Shown piece by piece: positions 54,362 to 64,000 of a DNA stretch of 64,000 nt. The position numbers and the translations under genes are program-made. Position 1 is the stretch's first letter. The number at the start of each line of letters is the position of its first letter. Below the pieces are notes generated by a model, which had not been told where the DNA came from, did no database searches, and saw only the letters and a list, made by a program, of their open reading frames with translations. Source of the DNA: a virus; IMG/VR virus record IMGVR_UViG_3300030430_005376, positions 64,001-128,000 of that record; one strand, given 5' to 3'.

Positions 54362-56736
54362 TAAAAGTCCTGTTTAAGTCTTATGACAAATTCGTCTTCT
54401 TCAGTTTTATTTATAGGTTGCGCAAAGTTAGCCTGCATGATCACATTAAAGTTATCATCATGAATATTGACAGTCGATATGTGAACCGTGCTTAGTTTTT
54501 CGTTGTTGGGCGCACTGTTGGGAGGATATTTTTCATACGTCTTGTTAGAAGAAGACATGAAGAATCCGGCAAAGGCAGGAATGTTCATCACAAGACTGTG
54601 GAGTTGCTGCTCGCCTCTAAGCTTCATATCAAGCTTGTCCTTGCCGTAAAAGAAAAGATTAGGTGTCTTGATGACCGCCAAACCTTCTTCGTAGAGAAGC
54701 GTCCCTATGTTGTTCCAGTCTGCTTGTTTTGTTAGGCAATCTGCTCTAAACAAACCTCCGCGCTTGTTGTCTTTTATGTTTATAGAAATTCCGCCGCCAG
54801 AGCCTGTTAGATTTTCTTCAAATAGATGAAAAGACCCAGGGTGTATTTTAGAACCGTAGTACAGGTTGGATATGTCAAGCACACTAATTTCATTAGAGCT
54901 AACGTCTCTTGTTCTTTGTGCGATAGTCAAAACAGAACCCGGGGCAACACCTGGGTTTTCCGGGGATGATCCTACTATTTTCTCGAAGATAGATCCACCA
55001 GTAAAGACTAACCCTGGAAAAAGCGAAGATGTAGGTATTAAATTCTCCAAGCTAATTATGGAGTAATCAAACGCCTTGCCGTCTTTTTTAAACATGTCAC
55101 TTGATGACATGAGAGAATTTTCTAGTATGTCGTAGACAGGTCTGTGAAGACCGTTATCGTTCGGTAAGATTGAGAAGTTTCTTTTTAAATTAGAAGCTGA
55201 GTGATAAACAAATTCATCAGCAGTTATGTTTTGAACTGTGGTGTTGATAGTTTTTGGAAACAATCCGAAATGTCTAGGCTGCTCCATGTGAACAAAATCT
55301 AGTGTATAGTTTTCTAAATTAAGTAGCTTACCTCCCACACCAAACGAAAACTGAACACTGAACGGGTCGTTTGTAGTTGCTTCAATTGCTTGAAATGGTG
55401 TAACAAGGACATCTCTTTTTGATGAAGAAGGAAAGAAATACGCAGGAACATAAAACACCATGCCCGCAGTCGTAGTTGGACTAGTGTCAGATATCTTTTC
55501 AAATTTTAATAAATTCTTGTTAATAAAACTATCGTAGAGCCTCACATCGTGTATTTCAGCATTTAACGGGTGAGACAATTGATCAATCTTGTAATTGTCA
55601 GTAGTTGTAGTGACATTTTCTGCATTATACCCTTCGATAATATCTTTCTGACCTGTGCTTGTTACTTCTTGATTTACCATGCTCGCCCAAGACTCGTTTC
55701 CGTCGTAGACTGCGTCAAGGTAATTGCCCAGGAGCAGGCAGGGCGGGCTTAAATTTCTATTAGCGGAAACAGAAGCAGAAGGGATATTAAAGAGAGTTTC
55801 TTTTTTATCAATAAAAATAGAACCGGTACTGTTATTTGTAGAATTAGACCACGCAACAAGCACGTTGTGCCAATTATTTTTATTGAGTGTATGCGAAGAA
55901 GTGAATATTAAATCTCTTGGGTACGGCCCTGAGGGTGAATTTAAGTCAATAGAAGAGGGAGGAATATCAGCACTTTGGCTAAGCTGAAGAAGTAGTTTAA
56001 AGGTATTTTCTGCACCAAATTCATCAACTGTTGACCCGGATACGAGTGACAGAGAAATAGAAGAAGAGATGTGTAAAATTGTTCCTGCTCGATAGTCTCT
56101 ATCAGCACTTGAGTATCTAGGATTAATCCAGAAGTTAAAAGAAAAGCTATCGGGTAGGTGGTATCTTTCTCCTACACTTGGATATGCTAACACAGACCCA
56201 GTCGGTATTTTTTCATTGTCAAAAAAGTTGAGCGTGTTGTAATTTGTATACCAAAATCCACAATTTTCGTATTTGTGTCTATGGTAAGGCATCAAAACGT
56301 TTCTAATTACGTTTTTTTCTGTGGTGTTTTTTGTAAACTTGAAAGGAGGATCAAATCTAAAAGCATCAATTTGCTTTGAGAACCTAACATCTTTCGGCGC
56401 TTCATCAATAAGACTCAAATATCTTTCTAGTGAAACAGAAAGATCTGTTATTCCTTCTTCTGCGTCTGTGTTCGCTTTCTGCAAACTTATTGCTCTTACA
56501 TAGTTGTCTATGTTATAATCGCTAACATTAGAGTCGCCATCAAGAACATCTTCGACTAAGTTGTCAGCGGCTGTTGATAAATCTATGACTTGTTTAATTG
56601 CAGGAGATCTAACCGGGCTTACAAACTGCGACCCGGTGACTCCTGCACCTACTGAAGAAGAAACAAAATGAACACTGGGCCTTAATAAAATTGAAGTGTG
56701 TTCAAGGTTTCTATTGTCAAGTTTGACAAAAGACAT
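54361..56736 (-). CDS. Virion structural protein with LamG/concanavalin-like domain
   Basis: FSFNFWINPRY, NNWHNVLVAW, AEIHDVRLYD (LamG pattern); C-terminal domain shared with 56749..57939. Confidence 0.65.
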   Translation of the reverse strand: MSFVKLDNRNLEHTSILLRPSVHFVSSSVGAGVTGSQFVSPVRSPAIKQVIDLSTAADNLVEDVLDGDSNVSDYNIDNYVRAISLQKANTDAEEGITDLSVSLERYLSLIDEAPKDVRFSKQIDAFRFDPPFKFTKNTTEKNVIRNVLMPYHRHKYENCGFWYTNYNTLNFFDNEKIPTGSVLAYPSVGERYHLPDSFSFNFWINPRYSSADRDYRAGTILHISSSISLSLVSGSTVDEFGAENTFKLLLQLSQSADIPPSSIDLNSPSGPYPRDLIFTSSHTLNKNNWHNVLVAWSNSTNNSTGSIFIDKKETLFNIPSASVSANRNLSPPCLLLGNYLDAVYDGNESWASMVNQEVTSTGQKDIIEGYNAENVTTTTDNYKIDQLSHPLNAEIHDVRLYDSFINKNLLKFEKISDTSPTTTAGMVFYVPAYFFPSSSKRDVLVTPFQAIEATTNDPFSVQFSFGVGGKLLNLENYTLDFVHMEQPRHFGLFPKTINTTVQNITADEFVYHSASNLKRNFSILPNDNGLHRPVYDILENSLMSSSDMFKKDGKAFDYSIISLENLIPTSSLFPGLVFTGGSIFEKIVGSSPENPGVAPGSVLTIAQRTRDVSSNEISVLDISNLYYGSKIHPGSFHLFEENLTGSGGGISINIKDNKRGGLFRADCLTKQADWNNIGTLLYEEGLAVIKTPNLFFYGKDKLDMKLRGEQQLHSLVMNIPAFAGFFMSSSNKTYEKYPPNSAPNNEKLSTVHISTVNIHDDNFNVIMQANFAQPINKTEEDEFVIRLKQDF

Positions 56737-56748
56737 GGATTCTCCATT

Positions 56749-57939
56749 CTAGAAGTCTAATCTGACTCTGAATGTCAAATCTTTTTCATCGTTCTTTTCA
56801 ACAGGCCTGGAAAGCTTTGCTGTTGCCAAAAGTTCTTCGTTTGCGTCGTAAAGACCGACTGATGTCACGAAAGCAAATGACTTTTGTTCACCTTGTTGTG
56901 ACTCATCAATTACCAAAATCCTACCCTCAGAGTCTGTGTAAGTTGGATTTGAAGAGTAGTTAAATTCGTCTGCAGTTGCTCTACAGAAAACTAAAGTTGA
57001 GTTAATCTTTGTGTTGTTTTGAAATGTTAAGAAAGTATTACTTCCAGAACCAAACCTCTCTGTTGAAATATGCTTGATTATATCGTCCATGGAGGCAGAA
57101 TTGACAAAGTTAGGTATGAAAGAAGCACTAATAGGCACAGTTGATCCGGCGCCTACACACTCAATTGTCCCACTCATAACTTGGTCTGATTGTAGTGCTC
57201 TATTAAGATCAAGTATGGCAATACCTTTTTGGTAAAACATTAAGCCGACTGTTTGGCTAGTATCTGAAGCCAAGACAATGTTTCCTACATCCCCTCCAAA
57301 CTGTGACCTTTCTATGCTTGATGCAGCACCAACGTCTGTAAAGATAACTGACCCAGTGGATGGGTGTAGGGCCGTCTGACCAAATATATTATCAAAAGTG
57401 TCTCCAGGTTCAGGATTTGAGCACGACTGGAAGAATCTCATTGCAAAAGTTTCTCTTTTGATGCCGTCTCTAACAAACAACCTCTTGAAACATAAGAACA
57501 GGGCGTTATCCACGTTGTCTGTTGCTGTCGTGCTTGAGAAGGGTGCTCTAAATCTAGACTCTGCATCACCTAAAAGAGTTTGTGCAAACTGTCGATATAT
57601 GTTTATCTTTTCTCTCATCATCAGTGACTGTGAAGGGAAAAGTAATTTCCCATTAGTGTCAATATTGGGCGAAAGTGCTGACACTGTGGTGGACCCTGAA
57701 AAGACCCCGTAAGTTACGTCAAAGAGTTCGTTCGCTGTCTGCAAGTTAAAGTTTTGATCAAATACTGTCTGGAAAAGCGAAGAGGTTATTGAGTTTGCTC
57801 CGCTGCCTGTCACAAAAACTTGATAGCTTTTTCTAGATGTAGAACCTGATACGTCTTCTTCGACAAAGTCAATTAGCTGGTTGAGCACTGTTCTAGTTGT
57901 CTTTATGTCAGCACTCGATATTGTTTTAAAAGTTGCCAT
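56749..57939 (-). CDS. Virion structural (baseplate/fibre-attachment) protein
   Basis: C-terminal FVTSVGLYDANEELLATAKLSRPVEK...RVRLDF resembles a tail-collar/gpH-like domain. Confidence 0.6.
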   Translation of the reverse strand: MATFKTISSADIKTTRTVLNQLIDFVEEDVSGSTSRKSYQVFVTGSGANSITSSLFQTVFDQNFNLQTANELFDVTYGVFSGSTTVSALSPNIDTNGKLLFPSQSLMMREKINIYRQFAQTLLGDAESRFRAPFSSTTATDNVDNALFLCFKRLFVRDGIKRETFAMRFFQSCSNPEPGDTFDNIFGQTALHPSTGSVIFTDVGAASSIERSQFGGDVGNIVLASDTSQTVGLMFYQKGIAILDLNRALQSDQVMSGTIECVGAGSTVPISASFIPNFVNSASMDDIIKHISTERFGSGSNTFLTFQNNTKINSTLVFCRATADEFNYSSNPTYTDSEGRILVIDESQQGEQKSFAFVTSVGLYDANEELLATAKLSRPVEKNDEKDLTFRVRLDF

Positions 57940-57951
57940 TTTTCCCTCTTA

Positions 57952-58650
57952 TTATGATATCTGCAGTTCAATGTTTTTAGTTAAGCCTGAGTTAACTCCT
58001 GTCACTTTCACAAAAGTTCTAATGAAAGAGCCTCCTGAAACGCTATAAGTTGCAAAAGTTGTATCAGAAAAACTTTTTAAGTTGAGCGTGATAGATGCAG
58101 AAACTTCATCTCCCTGAGTGTTGAAATCTGCAGGGATTCTGTACACAGCAATGTTGTCTGTGTATACAACATCTGGTTGCTCGCCTGCAATAGTTAGAAA
58201 AAGATTGTTGACTTCTACACGAAATTCACCGTCTAGAATATCAGGATCTATTCCGATGCCTGTCTTTGAGCTAATTGCAGCATTAACAGTCTGAGAAGTT
58301 GTTGCTGTTCTAGTAAAGTTCACAACAGTGCTAGTTAAATCTGTACCAGCAAGTGTCATGTCTAAGACAGGCAAGTGAGTTAAAAACTCATTTGATATAC
58401 TAAGTAATTTATGTTTGAGACCTAAACTTCCTGCTGTAAAAGCTTCAAGCAGAGGAGTGTTTTTTTCTATTTTTTCTCTACCTACTGTTCTGCCAAACTG
58501 TCTAATAACGTTGTAGTCAACTTCGTCGTCACCTAAGGCAAATTGAAATATTTGAAATGAGCCGTCGTTTCTAGCTAACGAACGGCGGCCTAAATCTGTC
58601 AAAACTGCATCAACGATGATGTTGTTTGTACTATGATCTAAAAATCCCAT
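57952..58650 (-). CDS. Virion structural protein (gpH-like N-terminus)
   Basis: VDAVLTDLGRRSLA...QFALGDDEVDY resembles the N-terminal part of tail-collar fibre domains; GAGGAG SD. Confidence 0.6.
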   Translation of the reverse strand: MGFLDHSTNNIIVDAVLTDLGRRSLARNDGSFQIFQFALGDDEVDYNVIRQFGRTVGREKIEKNTPLLEAFTAGSLGLKHKLLSISNEFLTHLPVLDMTLAGTDLTSTVVNFTRTATTSQTVNAAISSKTGIGIDPDILDGEFRVEVNNLFLTIAGEQPDVVYTDNIAVYRIPADFNTQGDEVSASITLNLKSFSDTTFATYSVSGGSFIRTFVKVTGVNSGLTKNIELQIS

Positions 58651-58667
58651 TATAGTCTCCTCGTATC

Positions 58668-58674
58668 TAAATAT
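58668..58674 (-). promoter_or_regulatory. Putative late-promoter motif ATATTTA upstream of 57952..58650
   Basis: Recurrent intergenic motif just upstream of the SD. Confidence 0.45.
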
Positions 58675-58698
58675 ACACTAAAAAAAAATATTGTAATT

Positions 58699-60717
58699 CT
58701 ATAAGTCAATAGAAGTAAAAGAAAATGTTGATTTACTGACGCCATCGAGCGGGGAACCGCTAAAGTCTCCCACTCGAATGTTTAAAATTTTGTCTTTTTG
58801 CAAATCAAGATTTAAGATATGTATCTTATAAGTATCGTTATCTTTGTCAATACTTATAAAATTTTGATCTTGTTCAATCTCGCCTCTGCCTGGTATGTTT
58901 TTTGTAACTTTATAGTACTCAGGATCAAAATAAACTCTCATTCTCTCGTACCCACTAACTTTAATTGCATCTTCAAATGAATCTTTATTTAAGAGTATGT
59001 TGGGATAAGGTTTTGGAGCGTTTGGAAAACTAATAAGTGTATTTTTAATTTTATTAAGTCTCGCAATGTATTCAAATTGAATTTGAGAACTTAAGTTTGA
59101 TGACAATCCGTGTGCATCCACACACGCGACTGCATAAATTGGTTTTTGGCCACTTTCCCAAGTATTGTCAGTAAATGAAATTCTTGGCGAGCTAAATCTT
59201 ACCAGATTCTCTTCTTGCGCTACTTCTGAAACTGATGTTCTTATAGTCGAATTATCAAAATCATACTCTTTAATAAGAGTAAAAGGTTCACTTGTGCTAT
59301 GCCTCTTAAATATTTGAAATCTTTTTATGTCGCGCTGGGGGTTTACAGGAAACTGCCATGTCACAAAAGGCTTTCTTGACTTGTATTCAAAGGATATTTT
59401 TAAGTTTGTAGGAGGAGGTGGAGGGATGTTTTCAACGCACCTGACAGACGTGCTTGTACCTTCAGATGCTATCAAAACAGTTACGACCGAAACTGTATCT
59501 AATGAAGCGTCATTTTCGTTTCTAGTTTCAGCAATCATCTCTACTTGATATATCGACCTAATTTCGTAAGAATAGACACCGCCGTATCTTACGTTTTTAT
59601 CAATTATGAAAAGACCGTCTGGGTTGTCTGATATTAAAAATCCTCGTTCTTCATATCTGTCATCATCAAAAACTTCAAGTTTTTTAATAATGTATCCTGC
59701 GTGTTTAATATTTGGATAACTTTTGCCTTTTGAAACAGTAGACTTTTTCTTAGCAAACTTCTTGCCTTTTCCACTTTGCTGAATTGGTTTTATGCTGATT
59801 GGATTTACTTTTGTCACATACAAACTTTCGTTCATAGAATTTGAAGCATTACGCCTCTTCGCTCTACCTGATATTCTTGGTGACTTAGTTTTAATGAATC
59901 CAAATTCATCTTGGAAAAGTGAGTCAGGTACTCTAATTCCACTACTTATGACCTGGTCGAATAATAAGTTGTTAATTTGCATTGAAAAATTCTGTCGCCC
60001 AGCGAGGTCATCAGCAGTTTCTGCCGCGGCGTCTCCGACATCTGATGATGCGACATTGTATCCTTTAGACTGTATTCCTTTCAGTGCTGAAGAAACAAGT
60101 TTCTTTTCTTGTCCTGTAAGTTCACCGTCAGACAGCGCTTCTAAAAGTTTGTTGTACCCATCTTGTGGAGAGTCTTCTTCCGCGCCTGTTTCGGTAATTA
60201 TTAAAGAGCTATTCATCATTTCATAAAGGTGTTTTTCAGCGCCTGTGTCAACTAATTCAAAACTAGTGAACTCACTGCTTACACTTCCTCCCTCTACAAG
60301 TATTTTATCTAAGTTATTAGAAACTATCTGAGTGTTTCTAAGCTCTTTGATTCTTCCAAATTTTTTAGGAGGTTTAAAACTAAACTCGACGAACCTGGGT
60401 ATTTTGTCGTTACTTAATTCAAAAAATATTTCATTACTTGTAGACACAGAAACGTCTATGACTTCACCGACATTATTAATAATTTCTCTTTCATTTGGTA
60501 AAAAGTAGTTGTACTTAAATGTAGCTTTTGCCTCTTGAACTTCAGGCACATTCACCCTGAGTGCAGGAATCGACGGAAATGAATCTATTACTTTTACCTC
60601 TTCGTCACCTTCGTGGTAGCTACCTTCATCTATAACGTCTTTGAGACCTGAAAGTTCTTGAGCTTCATATTGTATATCTTCAATTACTATGTACTTATCA
60701 TCAGATTCTTCAGGCAT
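58699..60717 (-). CDS. Hypothetical virion protein with FN3/Ig-like segments
   Basis: PPPPPTNLKISF...VTWQFP...FQIFKR...YAVACVD is an FN3-like pattern. Confidence 0.6.
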   Translation of the reverse strand: MPEESDDKYIVIEDIQYEAQELSGLKDVIDEGSYHEGDEEVKVIDSFPSIPALRVNVPEVQEAKATFKYNYFLPNEREIINNVGEVIDVSVSTSNEIFFELSNDKIPRFVEFSFKPPKKFGRIKELRNTQIVSNNLDKILVEGGSVSSEFTSFELVDTGAEKHLYEMMNSSLIITETGAEEDSPQDGYNKLLEALSDGELTGQEKKLVSSALKGIQSKGYNVASSDVGDAAAETADDLAGRQNFSMQINNLLFDQVISSGIRVPDSLFQDEFGFIKTKSPRISGRAKRRNASNSMNESLYVTKVNPISIKPIQQSGKGKKFAKKKSTVSKGKSYPNIKHAGYIIKKLEVFDDDRYEERGFLISDNPDGLFIIDKNVRYGGVYSYEIRSIYQVEMIAETRNENDASLDTVSVVTVLIASEGTSTSVRCVENIPPPPPTNLKISFEYKSRKPFVTWQFPVNPQRDIKRFQIFKRHSTSEPFTLIKEYDFDNSTIRTSVSEVAQEENLVRFSSPRISFTDNTWESGQKPIYAVACVDAHGLSSNLSSQIQFEYIARLNKIKNTLISFPNAPKPYPNILLNKDSFEDAIKVSGYERMRVYFDPEYYKVTKNIPGRGEIEQDQNFISIDKDNDTYKIHILNLDLQKDKILNIRVGDFSGSPLDGVSKSTFSFTSIDL

Positions 60718-63700
60718 TACTTTGTCCTATCAGGTAAAATTGTTATTGTCACATATGTGCTGAAAACTTCTGGAAAATCTTGCCTACAATTCTTTTTGTA
60801 TTTTTCAACTGTTGAAGTTTCAAGAAGTGCTGATCTAAAATTTTTTGTTGTGTCGTTCGAAGTAGAAGGTTTAAAGTCTGGTCTAATTATTTTAGAAGTG
60901 TAGCTGAAATTAGGCTTTGTTTGAAATATGTCTTCAAACTCTTGATCATAAATGGGTGTGTAAAGCACAAAGTCTTTGTCGTTATACGGTATTGATAAAA
61001 CTCTATCAAACTTCTTAGGAAGAAAAACTCTTTTTGTTTTTGTACCTAGCGAATAGATAGGTGTGGCGCCTATCGTCTTAATACCTCTAAAAAGTTCCGA
61101 AGCTAACACTTCATCGATGTTTGCCGCCGGGTATTTTGCAACTATTCGATTTATAAGATCATCATAGTTTTGTGCCATTTCTGTCCTAGCAGTACTAAAA
61201 CCTCCGTCTGGCTTTCTAAAATCTATACTTCTGCCGCGAAGAACAAAACTGTATGTATCAAAGTCAAGCCCGAGACCAAAACGATAATAGTGTTTAAGTG
61301 CATAGTCGTTTATGTGATTAATTAACAATTCTTTTGTTATGTTTCTTTTAGACAGTAGATCTGACCCTAGTTGTCGTCTCGCCCTGTATGCTTCTTTCAG
61401 TTGGTCGTAAGGGTCTCCCGGTTCATCTTCTGTCTCTGCTCTTTTGTCTGTCCATCGAGTAAACTCCATATTATTTACCACGTTGTCAAAAGTCCAACTG
61501 TCAGAGTAGTTTGCTAAGTGGTTGAGCAATTCTCCTTTCTGGTTGTAATCATTTAGCTGCAACTTTGAATCAAAAAGAAAAGTCTTTGGATAAACTACTT
61601 CTTCGGCATCAATTTCATTTCTCTTAAAAATATTTACACAAAACCTCTTACTCTCAAGAAATTCTAAATTACCTGTCATTTTAAAAGCTTCAAATCGCAT
61701 TGTAGCGAGCATAGAGTTTGTGATACCGACGTGACTTACTACTAAATTACCTCTTTTCTCAGAAGACAAAAATCCATAGCCAGGATTACTTAGTATCTTA
61801 AACATAAGTTTGACTTGCTTTGGACCTATTTTGTCTTCTACAGTAAACATGCTATTTTTAACTGGTACAAACGTGTTGATGTAACTGTGATACATTTCTG
61901 ACACCGATTCTTCTGAAATTAAAGACACGGTGTCTTCGAAGGCTCTGATCTTGCGATCTTTTAACAAGTCAATGGCTGCCAAAGATCTATCTGATCCATC
62001 ACCCCGCTGTACGTAATCAACAATCCTGTCTCTCTGCTTTTTTAAATTAGCAGCATGCATAGCAGGAATTGATATAAGAGAACCTATTCTTTTTGCTCTT
62101 TCCTTTATTAATATTTGAGCCGCAATCAAGTCGTTTTTGGCGCTATTGTAAGCGTTTCTAAAAGCGTCAGATCTCTGGTTTAAATTTTCTGGCTGGGCAT
62201 TTTGACCGTAAACACCTACAAACTTAAACGCGTTTGCAACACCTAGCAATTTATCTTTGTCAAATATTATTTCTATTCTTGCGTTGTTAGATCTTTTTGG
62301 GTTGAAAGATTTTGCTTTCACTGTTAGGTGCCGTTGTAATATTTTTGCAACAAAAGCATACAAGATAAACGCCCTGTGGTGTTCTGACAGCTTTAATATT
62401 GCACCTTGATTTTTAAGAGATCTTGGAAACTTTCTATTAAATCCTTCAAGTTCTACAGTTTCACCTTTAACAAGTCCGGGTCTTTTGTTATTGAAACTAT
62501 TTAGTTCACTTCTCTTGCTATCAAATAAAGTGTCTAAAAAGTGCTCATTATTAAGGAAATCACTAAGCGAATTTTTCCCGTATCTCAATCCCCTGTCGAG
62601 CAAAGCTTGTTCCTTGTTGATGTCACCCGGGCCGTCGTAACTGTATTTTTTACCACTTTGCTTTTTAATCGTATATGTCCTCTTTTTGGACATCGATCCT
62701 GCTGATCCCGCATTAATGACTTTTGCTGACTTACCTAATTTATTAAAATTTTTATCTTTTTCTGTGTATTCTTTTTGTTTAAGTGCATCAAACTTATCGC
62801 CTCCGAGAGTTCTAAAGTCTTTATCTCTTTTCTTCTTCACTTTGGCTACATTCAACGTGTTATCAATAAAGTCTTTAAGAAATACATCTGTTTTGTATCT
62901 TACAGCTCTTCGAAGTGCCTCAGGACGTGTAATCGAACGATCATTTTGCAAAAAAGGATCTCCTCTTTTCTTGCCGGTACCTCGGCCTGTACTCTTGTTT
63001 TTTGAGTTAAGCTTATCTCCCAAGTAACCTGACTTAAAAGCTCTTACTATTCCTTTTCTAGTTTTTGACTGCTTGACTAGCAGCGCAAGTCTTAACAGTG
63101 TATTGCTCATGTCACCCTGGGCTTGATCAAATAAATCATCTGAAATCATTCTGCACAAAGCAAGAAACGAATCTTCAACTTCATAAATACCCAACCTGTT
63201 ATCAACATCTTCTACGTAAGCGTTTGCAAAATTTTTATAATTACTCACTAGATTTGTAAACTCAGTAAATTCTTCATCTCCTCTTTGAAGCGCAACATCA
63301 ATTAAAAATTCAGGCCCAGTCAAGTAGCTTTCATCAGTAGGATACTTTTGTGTAGATTCAAAAGGTATGTATTTAGTGTTTAAACCTGTATCTGTTTTTG
63401 CTTCTAGTAGCTTAAAAATAGGCGGTGGCGCTGCTGCGCTCACTAACGGGTCGAACTGGACATCGCCGCCTAAAGCTCCTTTAATTTTCATAGATGTTCG
63501 AGGACCTAAAAGTTTGTCGTAGTAATCTTTTATGCTGCCTCTTGGTACGTTCGACCCGTCTAGATAGCGAAAAGCATTTGCTGTTTGTGAATTCCGATGT
63601 TCTTGGATCGCCATGGCATCGTTAAATAAGCAAGCGGCCAGAAGTTCAGAGTAGATAGTCATGTCATCAAGTGAATCTGGGAACTTGTTCATTATTCGAC

Positions 63701-64000
63701 CTATTTTATTGTCTCCAAAAAAGCCATCAACACCCGGCTCTGATAAAACATCCCGAACATCTTCTTGCTTTATTTTTTTACCATCATTGTAATAAGGATT
63801 TTTTCTCCTATCTTTATCATCCATAGCATCGATGTAAGTTGATATGAGCCACGTTTGCTGCAATTCTTCTAAAGCATCGTAGAGGGTCCCGTTATCATCA
63901 ATGTCTGCATTCAGGCCGACACGGCCAATTTTTCGATTGTCTTCGTCAAATCGTCTTTGTGAAAGCGGGTAATTTAAATGAATTGTTTCATAAGCGTTGA
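60717..64000 (-). CDS. Large hypothetical protein, 5'-truncated by window edge
   Basis: The frame of track ORF 60717..63863 stays open to base 64000 (NAYETIHLNYPLSQRRFD...), so the true start is outside the window. Confidence 0.75.
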   Translation of the reverse strand, partial: NAYETIHLNYPLSQRRFDEDNRKIGRVGLNADIDDNGTLYDALEELQQTWLISTYIDAMDDKDRRKNPYYNDGKKIKQEDVRDVLSEPGVDGFFGDNKIGRIMNKFPDSLDDMTIYSELLAACLFNDAMAIQEHRNSQTANAFRYLDGSNVPRGSIKDYYDKLLGPRTSMKIKGALGGDVQFDPLVSAAAPPPIFKLLEAKTDTGLNTKYIPFESTQKYPTDESYLTGPEFLIDVALQRGDEEFTEFTNLVSNYKNFANAYVEDVDNRLGIYEVEDSFLALCRMISDDLFDQAQGDMSNTLLRLALLVKQSKTRKGIVRAFKSGYLGDKLNSKNKSTGRGTGKKRGDPFLQNDRSITRPEALRRAVRYKTDVFLKDFIDNTLNVAKVKKKRDKDFRTLGGDKFDALKQKEYTEKDKNFNKLGKSAKVINAGSAGSMSKKRTYTIKKQSGKKYSYDGPGDINKEQALLDRGLRYGKNSLSDFLNNEHFLDTLFDSKRSELNSFNNKRPGLVKGETVELEGFNRKFPRSLKNQGAILKLSEHHRAFILYAFVAKILQRHLTVKAKSFNPKRSNNARIEIIFDKDKLLGVANAFKFVGVYGQNAQPENLNQRSDAFRNAYNSAKNDLIAAQILIKERAKRIGSLISIPAMHAANLKKQRDRIVDYVQRGDGSDRSLAAIDLLKDRKIRAFEDTVSLISEESVSEMYHSYINTFVPVKNSMFTVEDKIGPKQVKLMFKILSNPGYGFLSSEKRGNLVVSHVGITNSMLATMRFEAFKMTGNLEFLESKRFCVNIFKRNEIDAEEVVYPKTFLFDSKLQLNDYNQKGELLNHLANYSDSWTFDNVVNNMEFTRWTDKRAETEDEPGDPYDQLKEAYRARRQLGSDLLSKRNITKELLINHINDYALKHYYRFGLGLDFDTYSFVLRGRSIDFRKPDGGFSTARTEMAQNYDDLINRIVAKYPAANIDEVLASELFRGIKTIGATPIYSLGTKTKRVFLPKKFDRVLSIPYNDKDFVLYTPIYDQEFEDIFQTKPNFSYTSKIIRPDFKPSTSNDTTKNFRSALLETSTVEKYKKNCRQDFPEVFSTYVTITILPDRTK

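Noticed and set aside
1-64000. tRNA/rRNA genes, CRISPR arrays, introns, inteins, IS elements, alternative genetic code
   Set aside because: Intergenic gaps are short and show no cloverleaf or repeat-spacer pattern; core genes have no extra intein or homing-endonuclease motifs; long ORFs read cleanly with code 11 and use TAA, TAG and TGA as stops.

Overview
A 64-kb segment of a large T4-superfamily (contractile-tailed, jumbo-type) bacteriophage genome. Gene density is very high and all but one real gene lie on the minus strand. In transcription order (high to low coordinates) it carries: putative baseplate/virion proteins; RuvC-like resolvase and primase; a PAP2-phosphatase/degenerate-Fic fusion; a MoxR AAA + VWA/metallopeptidase pair; a single-chain SbcD-SbcC (Mre11-Rad50, T4 gp47-gp46) fusion; a T4-like head module (terminase, portal, prohead protease, scaffold, major capsid); dUTPase and small accessory genes; several small proteins sharing an N-terminal MKITRRQLRQII..E-type leader; an unusual enzyme operon (UPF0489/arginase-fold hydrolase, SpeD, SpeE, a hypothetical, and an ATE/Bpt-like aminoacyl-tRNA-protein transferase) followed by an Ntn hydrolase whose nucleophilic Cys is masked by a 6-residue propeptide; neck and tail-terminator genes; two tandem giant tail sheaths, tube, tail chaperone with a candidate +1 (or -2) frameshift, tape measure, tube initiator, LysM and hub; a minimal family-A DNA polymerase; and two tandem Asp-box beta-propeller paralogs. 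No tRNA, rRNA, CRISPR array, intron or IS element was seen. All family assignments rest on motifs recognised by eye, not on database searches. Best leads: the aminoacyl-transferase/polyamine operon, the protease-activated head cargo (Ntn zymogen, MKIT leaders, PAP2-Fic) and the chaperone frameshift.
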